Source: Parcubacteria group bacterium Gr01-1014_29 (GTDB lineage: Bacteria; Patescibacteriota; Minisyncoccia; Ryanbacterales; 2-02-FULL-48-12). From it: a DNA stretch of 64,000 nt. Position numbers and translations under genes: made by a program. Positions within the stretch are counted from its first letter, which is position 1. Every line of letters begins with the position of its first letter. The notes beneath the pieces are model-generated. The model made no database searches. It was not told where the DNA came from and worked only from the letters and a program-made list of their open reading frames with translations. This document shows positions 1 through 9,172 of the stretch, piece after piece. The stretch spans positions 1,273 through 65,272 of the forward strand of contig VMFT01000002.1 of NCBI GenBank assembly GCA_007376195.1. Direction: 5' to 3'.

Positions 1-362
1 AACACAGAGAAATAATGAATAGCGGGGTGGGGTAAATTATGCGTGTTCAAACAAATACGAAAAGTCGGCATATAAATAGCCGCATCGTTTTTCTTCTCAA
101 ACACAGTTCTCCCACTTGCGTCACCGCTAAAGCTAGGGCGGCACGCGGTCGCGTAAAGCTTCGGAAGGACGCAGTAATCCTAAAGGACTGCGATTTACAG
201 TCGCCTTGCAAGGCGAGTAAATCGGGAGCATCCTCCACGATGGCACCCAAAAATAAGAAGGAAAGCGACTATATTTTTGGAGTGTGCCCGCATGGGTGCA
301 CCCAGAAAAGAATTGAACCAAGAAGTCCTTACGTGGTAGGGATTTTTTGGTATTATGAGCAT

Positions 363-995
363 ATGAATTTCGAACAGTCGCAACAAAATCCAAAAACTGA
401 AGTCATCGAAAAAACAAGCAACGATAGGCAATTTGCCTACAAACGCGAGGTTGGAGAATTGATTAAGGAGAGGCCGGGGATTCTGAAGGACGCCCTTAAT
501 CTTATTGCAGAAGCTGAAAAACTTGATGTAGGCAAGAGTATCGACGAAGACGACATAAAAGTTACTTATTTCCAAGAACGTAATTGGTCGCATAACTTTA
601 AAGTCGAAGTGAATGATAAATCATTTTTTGTCAGGAAAGAATTAGGCCGAGGGACTGGATTCAAGGCGATACGGGGATTTAAAGAAGCTGCACAGAGAAT
701 TGAAGGCAAGGAGGATGTGCGGCTCATTGATTACCAGCTTGGCTATACCGACAAGATGGGTAATGACTACTTTGTTGCGAAATGGGAAAATTTGCCCGTG
801 ATGGGAGATTACCTCAGCCGGGATTTGCCTGATGAAGAAAGAAAGTTTATCGCTCAAAAGTTAGAGTATGTATACGATACGTTTAAGGATTATGATGATG
901 TAACTACCGGAAACATGTTTTACGATCCAGAAAAGAAGCAGATCGTATTATTTGATCTGGAAAAGCAGGATATTTATGACAGTAATAAGGGGTAA
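363..995 (+). CDS. hypothetical protein kinase-like (PKL-fold) phosphotransferase
   Basis: Belongs to ORF 39..995. C-terminal motifs DVTTGN (catalytic D..N) and LFDLE (DFG-like) fit an APH/ChoK/RIO-type kinase fold. The in-frame stretch 39-362 is basic, low-complexity and GC-rich, so the true start is probably the Met at 363. Confidence 0.4.
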   Translation: MNFEQSQQNPKTEVIEKTSNDRQFAYKREVGELIKERPGILKDALNLIAEAEKLDVGKSIDEDDIKVTYFQERNWSHNFKVEVNDKSFFVRKELGRGTGFKAIRGFKEAAQRIEGKEDVRLIDYQLGYTDKMGNDYFVAKWENLPVMGDYLSRDLPDEERKFIAQKLEYVYDTFKDYDDVTTGNMFYDPEKKQIVLFDLEKQDIYDSNKG

Positions 996-1073
996 TACAT
1001 CTATGGGTTTTGAAGGGCCACAACTTCCACTAGAGAATACTCAAGCTACACAGGCGACAGAAAAAGTATTGTT

Positions 1074-1100
1074 GTCAAATTCACTTAAAGTGAATTTGAC
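1074..1100. promoter_or_regulatory. 11-bp perfect inverted repeat gtcaaattcac-ttaaa-gtgaatttgac upstream of abiEi; candidate operator or terminator
   Basis: Palindrome read directly; it sits about 60 bp upstream of the AbiEi start and is followed by TTGACA at 1136. Confidence 0.35.
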
Positions 1101-1156
1101 CTATTTTATGCCCTATATTCAGTAGTTTTAGCCTTATTGACAGCGGCGTTTCTGAT

Positions 1157-1795
1157 ATGATACACTATTGTCATACTATGAAAAGTAAGAATAATCTTCT
1201 AGAACAGCTCAAATCCTTACCCCATTTCGGGAAGAATACTGTATATCAGCTTGGCAAACAGTTGGGGCTCAAGGACTCTACGGTTAATACCTACATTAGC
1301 CGTTTTTTGAAGTACAAAGAAATTATCCAGCTCAGGAGAGGGTTGTATGTGTCTGCTGATTTTTTTGATAAAAATAGGAACGATGTTTCCTATTCATTCT
1401 ATCTTGCCAATGTCATTCGAACGCCGTCATATATCAGTTCGTGGGCGGCGCTTCAGTATTACAACCTTGCTACGGAGGCGATCCACTCTGTCACCTCGGT
1501 CACACCTAAAGTGACAAAAGAATACCAGACAAAGGCCGGTAATTTCGCATATCAGTCAATCAGCAAAAATTTTTTCGCAGACTTTTCTTTGGCAAAAGGA
1601 AAGTTTGATTTCTATATAGCTTCTCCCTCCAAAGCATTGTTTGATTTGCTCTATTTGAGGACCCGTCAGTTCAATAACCTTTCAGTAGAACAGATAAAAG
1701 CAATGGTTTCAGAATTAAGGATAGACATTGATGAAATGAGTAAGGAAGAGCAGGATAAATTTTATTCAATGATTAATAAATACTCCCATGAGTGA
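1157..1795 (+). CDS. AbiEi-family antitoxin / wHTH transcriptional regulator (type IV TA)
   Basis: N-terminal winged-helix region with the ...RLRRGLY... motif typical of AbiEi. The 3' end overlaps the next gene by 8 nt. Start could instead be the internal Met at 1178. Confidence 0.55.
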   Translation: MIHYCHTMKSKNNLLEQLKSLPHFGKNTVYQLGKQLGLKDSTVNTYISRFLKYKEIIQLRRGLYVSADFFDKNRNDVSYSFYLANVIRTPSYISSWAALQYYNLATEAIHSVTSVTPKVTKEYQTKAGNFAYQSISKNFFADFSLAKGKFDFYIASPSKALFDLLYLRTRQFNNLSVEQIKAMVSELRIDIDEMSKEEQDKFYSMINKYSHE

Positions 1796-3071
1796 ACAGA
1801 TTTCAACAATTCTAAAACGTAAGCTTGATGATCTTGCCGCCTACGGCAGTCTTGATGCGGAAACGCGCCGTAATGCTCTGAAAGGAGAGTTGCAGTTTTA
1901 TGTTCTCAATTTCATTTACCATCACCCGGAATACAACGCGTGGATCATGTATGGCGGTTCGGCACTTCGTATTATCCATGAGCTTGACCGCATGTCAGTT
2001 GACTTGGATTTTGAGATTTCTCATGCGGTAACGGAGAAGTTTTTAGAGGAATTGAAAAAAGAAGTTGAGGATTACTTCACTAATACCTTTGGCGCGGGAG
2101 CTGATTTTCTTACGATAAAAATAATCACCGGTAGAGGTCTGCTCTTGAAGTTCCACGTTGGTGAAGAGCTAAGCTCCGGACACCCCTCAAAGCAGGTGCA
2201 TGTAAAAATTGATCTCAATCACTTTGTCGCTCCCAAGACTGTCACTGAACGTCGGCCGATAAACCGCAATCAGTTATCCTTTGTGATCATCACCTACAAT
2301 ATGTCCTCGCTTATGGCGAGCAAGCTTGCCGCTATTTTCCTCCGTGGTACCCGTGGCGTGGGAGAAGCAACTTACGAGGAAAAAGGACGCGATATTTATG
2401 ATCTCCTTTGGTACATGAATAAAAAAGTAGTGCCAGACTTCGATTACCTCATAGCCAAAGGCATTGACGCGAAAGACCCTCGCGCGCTTTTCGATAAACT
2501 CACGCTTCAGATCAACAAAGTGAGCGATAAAAATCTTGAGCAGGACCTTGAGCCTCTGTTTGTGGATAAGACGTATATTAGAAATTTGCTCAAGAACTGG
2601 CGAGAGAGCTATCTACGACTTTTGGATGAATATAAAATTCGCAACATTAAAGAACTCGAGAGTATTGGTATACATCAGGACTTTCGCACAGATACTTTTT
2701 CTTTCGTGTATTGGTATACGACGGAGGACGGCGGATCGATCAGGGTTGTTTATAACCTAAGCGAGTACTGGATTATATTCGGCGAGGGTAATTTGCAGGT
2801 TGAAATAGATAAGAAACTGGAAGAGAGGATGGATTTCAGGAGCAACAGGGTTAGCAGTCGTCCGACTTCGCAGGATAGGCTTAAGCAGTACGCGACCCTG
2901 TTTTATCAGAAAACGGAAAAGTACTTCAAGAAAACGAATCGGATCATGCTCGGGGACAGCATTATCACTAAGATTATTCGGATAACGGCCGATAATTTGA
3001 ACCAGAAGGAACAGATCGTGCTTAATAAGTCGGCACTGCTTTCTTGTGAGCTTGATGACTTACTGAAATAA
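1788..3071 (+). CDS. AbiEii/AbiGii-family nucleotidyltransferase toxin (DUF1814) with about 130-aa C-terminal extension
   Basis: Motif MYGGSALRIIHELDRMSVDLDFE matches the GG(T/S)ALR...S.DlDF nucleotidyltransferase signature of AbiEii. Translationally coupled to AbiEi. Confidence 0.6.
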   Translation: MSEQISTILKRKLDDLAAYGSLDAETRRNALKGELQFYVLNFIYHHPEYNAWIMYGGSALRIIHELDRMSVDLDFEISHAVTEKFLEELKKEVEDYFTNTFGAGADFLTIKIITGRGLLLKFHVGEELSSGHPSKQVHVKIDLNHFVAPKTVTERRPINRNQLSFVIITYNMSSLMASKLAAIFLRGTRGVGEATYEEKGRDIYDLLWYMNKKVVPDFDYLIAKGIDAKDPRALFDKLTLQINKVSDKNLEQDLEPLFVDKTYIRNLLKNWRESYLRLLDEYKIRNIKELESIGIHQDFRTDTFSFVYWYTTEDGGSIRVVYNLSEYWIIFGEGNLQVEIDKKLEERMDFRSNRVSSRPTSQDRLKQYATLFYQKTEKYFKKTNRIMLGDSIITKIIRITADNLNQKEQIVLNKSALLSCELDDLLK

Positions 3072-3088
3072 ATTTTAGGAAAAGTTTG

Positions 3089-3334
3089 TTACAAAATTTT
3101 ATGACTTGAAGGAAGCCACTCTATGAGTTTTTTGCGATGCTTGTCAATTGACCATTCGTCGCTGTTTTTGAAAAGAGAAGGATAAAGCGACTGAAATTTT
3201 TTCAGTGTAGCAACTGATGCTTGAGTAAAATTTGCCGGTATGGTGCTATTGTACATTTCCATAAAAACAGGCAGAGTTGTTGCGATTTGATTGATTTCTA
3301 GATCGTTTTTTTTCTTTCCCTTCATGTTTATCAT
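3089..3334 (-). CDS. hypothetical small protein (81 aa)
   Basis: ORF only; AT-rich; no recognisable motif. Confidence 0.3.
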   Translation of the reverse strand: MINMKGKKKNDLEINQIATTLPVFMEMYNSTIPANFTQASVATLKKFQSLYPSLFKNSDEWSIDKHRKKLIEWLPSSHKIL

Positions 3335-3383
3335 ACTATCATAGCTTACTCAAAACATCAATCTCTTTATGTGTATGCATAAA

Positions 3384-3425
3384 AAATGCCCGGGAGAAAT
3401 TGTTCTCATCGGGCTTTTTGCTGTT
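3384..3425 (-). terminator. rho-independent terminator (minus strand)
   Basis: On the minus strand: gcccgatgagaacaatttctcccgggc stem followed by attttttat. Confidence 0.4.
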
Positions 3426-3817
3426 ACTTTTTGCCGCTGCGTTTTTTGGCATAGCAGCGGTTCAGGAACGATCTCGCTACTTCCCACTTGGTATGCGGGT
3501 CATTTGTTATGTAGTTGGGAATTACACCACGCTCATCAGTGGTAGTACCGTCCTTAAAAAATATGCGTCCGTTTGTAAATTTTAACACAGCACCGTCTGT
3601 AAATGTGTGTGTTATTTGCATTCTTTACTGTCGGCAATACCATATCGTTTGCAATGCGGATCATAACGCATTCATGCACCGCTTTTTTATCCAGCGGATA
3701 GAGCCACTGCTCTTCAAGTACACGCAGCAACTCGTCATAAGTGGTTTGGTCGCCACTGCTTATGCTAGTACTGCTCACAATTGTTGCGAGCACGGCCAAT
3801 ACGATAAAGCGCTTCAT
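3424..3817 (-). pseudogene. small secreted protein split over two frames at a T6/A6 homopolymer; apparent frameshift or sequencing error
   Basis: ORFs 3554..3817 (signal peptide MKRFIVLAVLATIVSS) and 3424..3621 overlap in different frames across the aaaaaa run at 3558-3563. A terminator follows directly at 3424. Confidence 0.3.
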
Positions 3818-4070
3818 GGTTCACCTCGCGTTTGTCAGATTTGTTCTTGATATAGCATACGGAAATATTTTTGTAAATGTCAACAAAGGGAGTTGACATT
3901 ATATTTATAAAATGTTAGCACTGGAAATGGTATAGAAGCAAAAATCAAGCTCTTTGACATATACAACTAGGACTTACGTGTTTGTGTATATTCTGGCTTT
4001 TTCTTTTCTGTCATTCTCGCGCAGGCGGGAATCCAGGACATTGTCAGTAATAGAAAAGGAGTGATTGGAA

Positions 4071-4889
4071 ATGAGCACAGCAAGGACACGCAAAGCAACA
4101 CACCAGGGTTCTAAACATCTCCAGCTTGGGTTTAATAACCAGGACGGGGTACTTTTGGAGTCTTTCAATATACCGGCTTTTGGGAAACAATATACCGTTG
4201 GCATCGTATGTGACGGCTGTACTGGGCTTCCTGGGTTTAGTAAAACCGAGGTCGGCGCGAGTATTTTGCCGGTTTTTGCGTTCGGACGGTGTCAAGAGTT
4301 CTTGTGCGCCGGTCTTCCGCTCGCGGATATACCGATGGTACTGTTTCAATCATGCACAGAATTCTTGCGCGATTTGGCGCAGAAGGTTATGCCCGGAAAT
4401 ATTTATTGGGGATATTCGGAAGTGTTGAGCACCGCTTTGGCAAAACTCAAAACGGGTCGCAAGGGTTGGGACAGTACTACACGCTTTCGCATCGACTATC
4501 TTTCGGCGACGCTGCTTGGTTTCGTTACAGACGAAACGCAATTAGTTACGTTTACGGCTGGCGACGGCATCGTGCTGGTAAACGATGACATTCGCGTTAT
4601 TGACCAGGACGACAAACCAGAATATCCGGCGTCTTCGATCAACAGCCCGGGAAAGGGATTTGACGTACATGTCTTGAGTCTCTCCGAAGTGCAGAGAGTT
4701 GCCATTTGTTCGGATGGGTTAAAGGAACTTATGCAGGACCAAAAGTTTGTGGACCAGATGTTTTCGTTCAGTCCCGGACTGTTCGGATTGCAGATTCTCC
4801 TTAACAATACCTACAGCGAACGTGATCACCTTATGGAGGATGATTGTACGGCGGTTACATTCGAAAGGAGCGATGAGCCATGTACCTAG
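4071..4889 (+). CDS. PP2C-family Ser/Thr protein phosphatase
   Basis: PP2C metal-binding motifs: NQD, GIVCDGCTG (xxDGxGG-like), CSDGL, DDCTAV. Strong RBS aaaaggag 9 nt upstream of the ATG at 4071; the ORF track starts at TTG 4065. Confidence 0.6.
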   Translation: MSTARTRKATHQGSKHLQLGFNNQDGVLLESFNIPAFGKQYTVGIVCDGCTGLPGFSKTEVGASILPVFAFGRCQEFLCAGLPLADIPMVLFQSCTEFLRDLAQKVMPGNIYWGYSEVLSTALAKLKTGRKGWDSTTRFRIDYLSATLLGFVTDETQLVTFTAGDGIVLVNDDIRVIDQDDKPEYPASSINSPGKGFDVHVLSLSEVQRVAICSDGLKELMQDQKFVDQMFSFSPGLFGLQILLNNTYSERDHLMEDDCTAVTFERSDEPCT

Positions 4890-6844
4890 TGAATGGCAAG
4901 AAATATGATGAAGATCCAAGCCGCAAACTTGGTGGCGGGTCTGAAGGTTCGGTGTATCCATTCGACGGCGACCCGGATAATACATGCGTCAAACTTTGGC
5001 ATCCAGTTGATCCGAAAGATCGTTCCGGACAGCAGATTGCGTTATACCGTGCAAAGAAAGTAAAAGCTGTTACGGGTCTTAACCTTCATTTGCCAGAACA
5101 GTTCATTCTCCCAAAACTTCCCGCACAAGACGGTAAGGGAAATATTATTGGCTATCTCATGCGACGCGTGCCGAAAGAGTATGTCAAGTTGATGAAGTTG
5201 CTTCAGCCAGCGTTTCGAACCAACAATTCGATTGGGTTGAAAGATATTGCGTTGTTGTACGCTTTTTTCTTCGAGGACTTGGAGGTACTTCAGAAGAATA
5301 GTATCTCGGTGGGGGACGTAAATCTTGGCGGCAACATGGTGAGATTCACCTCGAAAGGGATTGAGCGCGTATGGGTGGATACCGATAGTTGGAGCTATCC
5401 AGGATTTCCCTGTCTCGCTACAACGGAAATGTTCTGTCATCCGGATTTGTATGCAAACCTTGGGTCTGGTGGCAAATTTGTGCCGCCTATGCACAAGCAT
5501 GACTGCTTTGCATTCGAGGTGGAATTTTGTCTGCTGGCTCTGCCGGGAGCTCACCCATTTCGAATGGGGTTGCATCCGAGCGTTACCAGTCTTCAGGAGC
5601 GCGCAGAGGCGGGGATTACCATTTTCGATTCTAGTGTAGCTTATCCAAAGTACTTGCCATCTCCAGATGTGCTAAGTGATGAGTTGCTTCACGAACTTAT
5701 TCTCCGGTTGAAGCGGAAAAAGGAGGAACCGCTTCCTGCCAAACTGCTTCGGGATTTTGCCGAACAGTTGGTCGTATGCGCGAAGTGCAGCGAGCAGTAT
5801 CATCGCTCGCGTTCAAATTGTCCGAAGTGTCAGGAGAAAACCATAGTCGATCTAAAGAAATTGATCGAGCTCATAATCCAAGAAGTCTATGCCGCTTCGG
5901 AAGCGATTTTATACACGCAAGTTGTCGACAGTACACTTTTTGTGGTTTGTCGAGTTAGCGGGATGATACACATCGTAACTATTGATGAGAAAGGAGGTGT
6001 AGATACACTTGTAACTTTCATTTCAGCTCTCCGTGGTATGCGGTACCGATTCTTTGGATCACACCTGGTTGTGTGTCCTGATGTGTACGCTGATGCGCCC
6101 GTGCCGATTCAGATTTATAGGATTACAGGTAGCACGTTGCAGATGGTGCAGAATATAACAACCAACGGTCTCGAAAACGAGTCGGCGGTATTCGATGTGT
6201 CGTCACGGTTCATGTACCGTACGGCGGGCAACACTCTCCTGTGCGGGAAATGGATGTTTGGCGGCAAGGTCTTTGGTGAAGATCCTGTTACACAGGTGCA
6301 TCAAACGCAGAGCTGGTTTACTGTGGATCGCACATCCGGATTAGATCGGGAAGCGATATTCGGTTATGACCGTGCTCTTCGCGATATGCAATGGTTTGTT
6401 GTGAAGGGAGACAAGGCCGGAGAGAAGTTCGATTTTCACAACGTTACTCTTCCTGCAATGCGCGCGGGGGAAAGACTGGAAGATTTTGCAGTGGATTTCG
6501 GTGCGGATGCTGTGCTGTTGGTGCGGCAAACCCTTTATCAAGGCCGTCAATATATTCGGTATTCCATCATTGCTCTTAACGGGGTTGTGGTGGAAGATCG
6601 TGTGTTGAGGAGCGGAGATAATGGGTATGACGCATGGGAGAGTATTCACGGCAAATTGTTCCAAAAATCGAGCATTCTTCATGTAACTCCCTTGGGCGTC
6701 GTAAAACAGACGCTCCTGAACAATGCCTATGAACTTGTGGAGGATACGCGCGGTGTGGTGACGGCGGAGGATTGGCTGTTTCGGTTCAACAAGAGTGTCG
6801 GCATTGCACGACGTGGTGCCGTGCTGACAATGAGAAAAAAGTAA
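4880..6844 (+). CDS. atypical Ser/Thr protein kinase-like protein with internal Cys4 zinc ribbon and large C-terminal domain
   Basis: Gly-loop LGGGSEGSVY, Lys in VKLW, catalytic-loop-like SVGDVNLGGN, DFG-like VDTDSW, zinc ribbon CAKCSEQYHRSRSNCPKCQ. Overlaps the PP2C stop by 10 nt; RBS aaaggag. Confidence 0.55.
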   Translation: MYLVNGKKYDEDPSRKLGGGSEGSVYPFDGDPDNTCVKLWHPVDPKDRSGQQIALYRAKKVKAVTGLNLHLPEQFILPKLPAQDGKGNIIGYLMRRVPKEYVKLMKLLQPAFRTNNSIGLKDIALLYAFFFEDLEVLQKNSISVGDVNLGGNMVRFTSKGIERVWVDTDSWSYPGFPCLATTEMFCHPDLYANLGSGGKFVPPMHKHDCFAFEVEFCLLALPGAHPFRMGLHPSVTSLQERAEAGITIFDSSVAYPKYLPSPDVLSDELLHELILRLKRKKEEPLPAKLLRDFAEQLVVCAKCSEQYHRSRSNCPKCQEKTIVDLKKLIELIIQEVYAASEAILYTQVVDSTLFVVCRVSGMIHIVTIDEKGGVDTLVTFISALRGMRYRFFGSHLVVCPDVYADAPVPIQIYRITGSTLQMVQNITTNGLENESAVFDVSSRFMYRTAGNTLLCGKWMFGGKVFGEDPVTQVHQTQSWFTVDRTSGLDREAIFGYDRALRDMQWFVVKGDKAGEKFDFHNVTLPAMRAGERLEDFAVDFGADAVLLVRQTLYQGRQYIRYSIIALNGVVVEDRVLRSGDNGYDAWESIHGKLFQKSSILHVTPLGVVKQTLLNNAYELVEDTRGVVTAEDWLFRFNKSVGIARRGAVLTMRKK

Positions 6845-6871
6845 CCCCAAACCCATGAAAGGAGTACAGTA

Positions 6872-7945
6872 ATGACTACTGTCAAAATTGCGGCACACAT
6901 GCCGCTTCTCTACACGCCCAAGTTCTGGGCTCCGGCGAAAGCTTATGAGAACTACACGCCGGATATCGAGGGGGCCAAGCTCGAAGGCGCTGAATACGCT
7001 CGTAAGCATGGTCTCGAGCCTGCGTTCAGACTGTTGGAGCGGCCGGAGGGTGCCAGTATGGCATTTCTTACAGACTTACAACAGGACTTCCGTGATCATG
7101 GAAGATTGCCGGTTACTGGTACGGATGATGTTGTCCTTCGATGTGCCTCGCGCCTCATCAATGGATTTATTTCCGGCCATTATGCGGGGCTGAAACGTTC
7201 TAAGGATGGGCATCCGCCGGTGCATGTTTCGTTTGGCACATACTTTCGAACGCAAACAGGGGAGTTGTTCGATCTGCGGACACGCAAAGCATCTATCCTT
7301 GCGTTGGAAGATGATAAAAAGTGTATTTTCAAGGCTACATGTTTCGATCCGAGTGATGGTTCTCCCGTCGACGCGGGATACATTCAGCCCATGTACAAGC
7401 CACATGAATGTGTGGCATACAACCATTATCTGGAAAGTACAGGACAAGCACCGCAGTGGGCATTTGCCCAGCATTGTGAACTTGGTACGGACGGCGAATC
7501 GTTCCATCCGCTCATTGTCGAGGCAGTTGCTTTCGCGAGCGGGTTACGGAGCTTTGTTCCGGGACTGGTTAGCAAGGGGCATATCATGGAGTGGGATTGG
7601 TATGGCCCGCTCTGTTCGTGCGGAGGATATTCGGAGGATCCAAACATTGTGCCGGTAATTACCCACCCGCAAGGTGGGTTCCAGAAAGACATTGTCGATG
7701 GGTTCAAACCCTTTCGGAGTGTCGAATTCTTTGGGGTCGCGGAAGACTTCTGCGATTATTGGATGAAGAAGCAGAGCCGGTGGTATTTCAGAGGAACGGA
7801 GTTTCTCAAAAAGATGGTATTCGTCGAAGATGGCACTGCACCCATCGTCCCGAATGCCCAGCATGTGAAGACCCAGAATGCTGAAGCGAGGGCCGAAGGC
7901 GTGAAGTTCATTAAGCACGATACACCTTTCGCGCAATCGCTGTAG
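6872..7945 (+). CDS. isochorismatase-family cysteine hydrolase, nicotinamidase (PncA)-like, with about 100-aa internal insertion
   Basis: AFLTDLQQDF..G.LPV.G.DDVV...RLI aligns to PncA ALLLVDLQNDF...LAVPEGD...RLI. FHPL, the catalytic-Cys region GVAEDFCDYW (cf. GLATDYCV) and VFVEDG (cf. VITDG) are all present. RBS gaaaggag. Confidence 0.5.
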   Translation: MTTVKIAAHMPLLYTPKFWAPAKAYENYTPDIEGAKLEGAEYARKHGLEPAFRLLERPEGASMAFLTDLQQDFRDHGRLPVTGTDDVVLRCASRLINGFISGHYAGLKRSKDGHPPVHVSFGTYFRTQTGELFDLRTRKASILALEDDKKCIFKATCFDPSDGSPVDAGYIQPMYKPHECVAYNHYLESTGQAPQWAFAQHCELGTDGESFHPLIVEAVAFASGLRSFVPGLVSKGHIMEWDWYGPLCSCGGYSEDPNIVPVITHPQGGFQKDIVDGFKPFRSVEFFGVAEDFCDYWMKKQSRWYFRGTEFLKKMVFVEDGTAPIVPNAQHVKTQNAEARAEGVKFIKHDTPFAQSL

Positions 7946-8029
7946 AGAAGTGCATCATCGGAGGCGGTGACTCTCATTGCACCGCCCCCAATTTTTCATC
8001 AACAACCAAACAGTCAAAGGAGAAAATCC

Positions 8030-8905
8030 ATGCCAACAAAATCAGTTGACCCAACAATCGCGGCATTCTTCAAAGATCCTGATGCGAGCAGTGTTGTGGG
8101 ACTTAAGGCATCTCAAATCGTTGCGCCGATCGTGCGCGGCGAAGACGTGAGGCCGGAAGAGCTTATGATGGGTGGCGGCTTGCGCATTGTCCAGTTTGTA
8201 CTCGATCGTTCTCCGAGCATGGAGCCGGTGGGCAACATGCTTCGGGAGGACTTCAACACAGAGTTCGTACCGGCGGTGAAAGAGGCACGCGAGGATGATA
8301 TCAGTGTTCTGCGTATCGGCGGCACGTCGTTTTCAACCGACATCGAGCCGATTTGGAAGGGAAAAGGTTTATCCGGAGTCACTGAATATTATCATTCCAT
8401 CGATAATCTTCCAGCACTTACTCGCGCTGAATACGATCCGGAGAGAGGCTACACAACGGCACTTCATGATGCTATCCTCGACGGTACGGCACGTGCTCTG
8501 AAGTTTGCCGCGGACCAACAGCAAAAGACAGGTACGGCGCCTGATGTGGATGTGATTGTCTTAACTGACGGAGCCAATAACTGTAACCCCAGAGATCCTG
8601 CGGTAGTGAAAGATATGGTTGTGGGCGCAAACAAACGGCGAGTGCGGTTTATCTTCTTCTACTTCGAAACAGGTGACGGTCTCGAAAACCCGAAAGACTA
8701 TGCCGTTAGTGAGCTAGGTTTTGACGGTGAGAATGTCATGGAGTTCAAACAGGGGCCAGGCGAAACGAAGGAAGAACGCCGCAAGCGTTTCCGGCGCATG
8801 ATGCGGGTGATGAGCAGGGTCTCGGCATCCAAAGGCATGAGCGCTGTTCAAGCGGCCGCGACGCAACAAGTTGCCACCGCAACTGATGACGAAGATCTTG
8901 TCTAA
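8030..8905 (+). CDS. von Willebrand factor type A (vWA) domain protein, TerY-like
   Basis: MIDAS motifs DRSPSM (DxSxS), TALHDAI (Thr) and VIVLTDGANN (D). RBS caaaggag 8 nt upstream of the ATG at 8030. Confidence 0.6.
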   Translation: MPTKSVDPTIAAFFKDPDASSVVGLKASQIVAPIVRGEDVRPEELMMGGGLRIVQFVLDRSPSMEPVGNMLREDFNTEFVPAVKEAREDDISVLRIGGTSFSTDIEPIWKGKGLSGVTEYYHSIDNLPALTRAEYDPERGYTTALHDAILDGTARALKFAADQQQKTGTAPDVDVIVLTDGANNCNPRDPAVVKDMVVGANKRRVRFIFFYFETGDGLENPKDYAVSELGFDGENVMEFKQGPGETKEERRKRFRRMMRVMSRVSASKGMSAVQAAATQQVATATDDEDLV

Positions 8906-8917
8906 AGGAGTAGGACA

Positions 8918-9157
8918 ATGGCTTCTTTAATACAGCTCACCATGCTTGCTGAACTTACAGTAAAAGAAGTGAAAGCAAGCAAACTTCCTCTGGAGGAAGT
9001 TGATCTTGTGGAAGTCGCGGCTATCCTCATTCACGCAAAGCACCTTGATGGAAATACTGAGGGTCAGGCCGAGGTGAGTACGGAAGGGTGGCCGGATGTG
9101 TCCCTCGCATGGAAATCCCGTTATAGAAACCTTGCGAGACAGTTCTTTCAAAAGTAA
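8918..9157 (+). CDS. hypothetical small acidic protein (79 aa), last gene of the operon
   Basis: RBS taaaggag; 12 nt after the vWA stop; followed by a terminator. Confidence 0.4.
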   Translation: MASLIQLTMLAELTVKEVKASKLPLEEVDLVEVAAILIHAKHLDGNTEGQAEVSTEGWPDVSLAWKSRYRNLARQFFQK

Positions 9158-9172
9158 GCAGTTCATTTACCG

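Noticed and set aside
140-175. Possible SRP (4.5S) RNA domain IV: cttcGGAAggacgcag resembles the conserved gtccGGAAggaagcag.
   Set aside because: Only about 16 nt match. The flanking sequence forms a local cgcagt/actgcg hairpin incompatible with the SRP helix-8 pairing, and no 5'/3' terminal helix could be found. Kept only as a generic structured tract.
39-362. N-terminal 108 residues of ORF 39..995 as genuine coding sequence.
   Set aside because: Basic, low-complexity, GC-rich and hairpin-dense. The recognisable kinase-like domain starts after Met 363.
3850-4060. Sigma70-type promoter for the PP2C operon (TTGACA at about 3893 and 3956).
   Set aside because: Neither TTGACA has a convincing -10 hexamer at 16–18 bp spacing, so it is not reported as a feature.
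6341-7009. 222-aa minus-strand ORF.
   Set aside because: Antisense to the kinase gene 3' end and the PncA-like gene start, both of which have RBSs and motifs.
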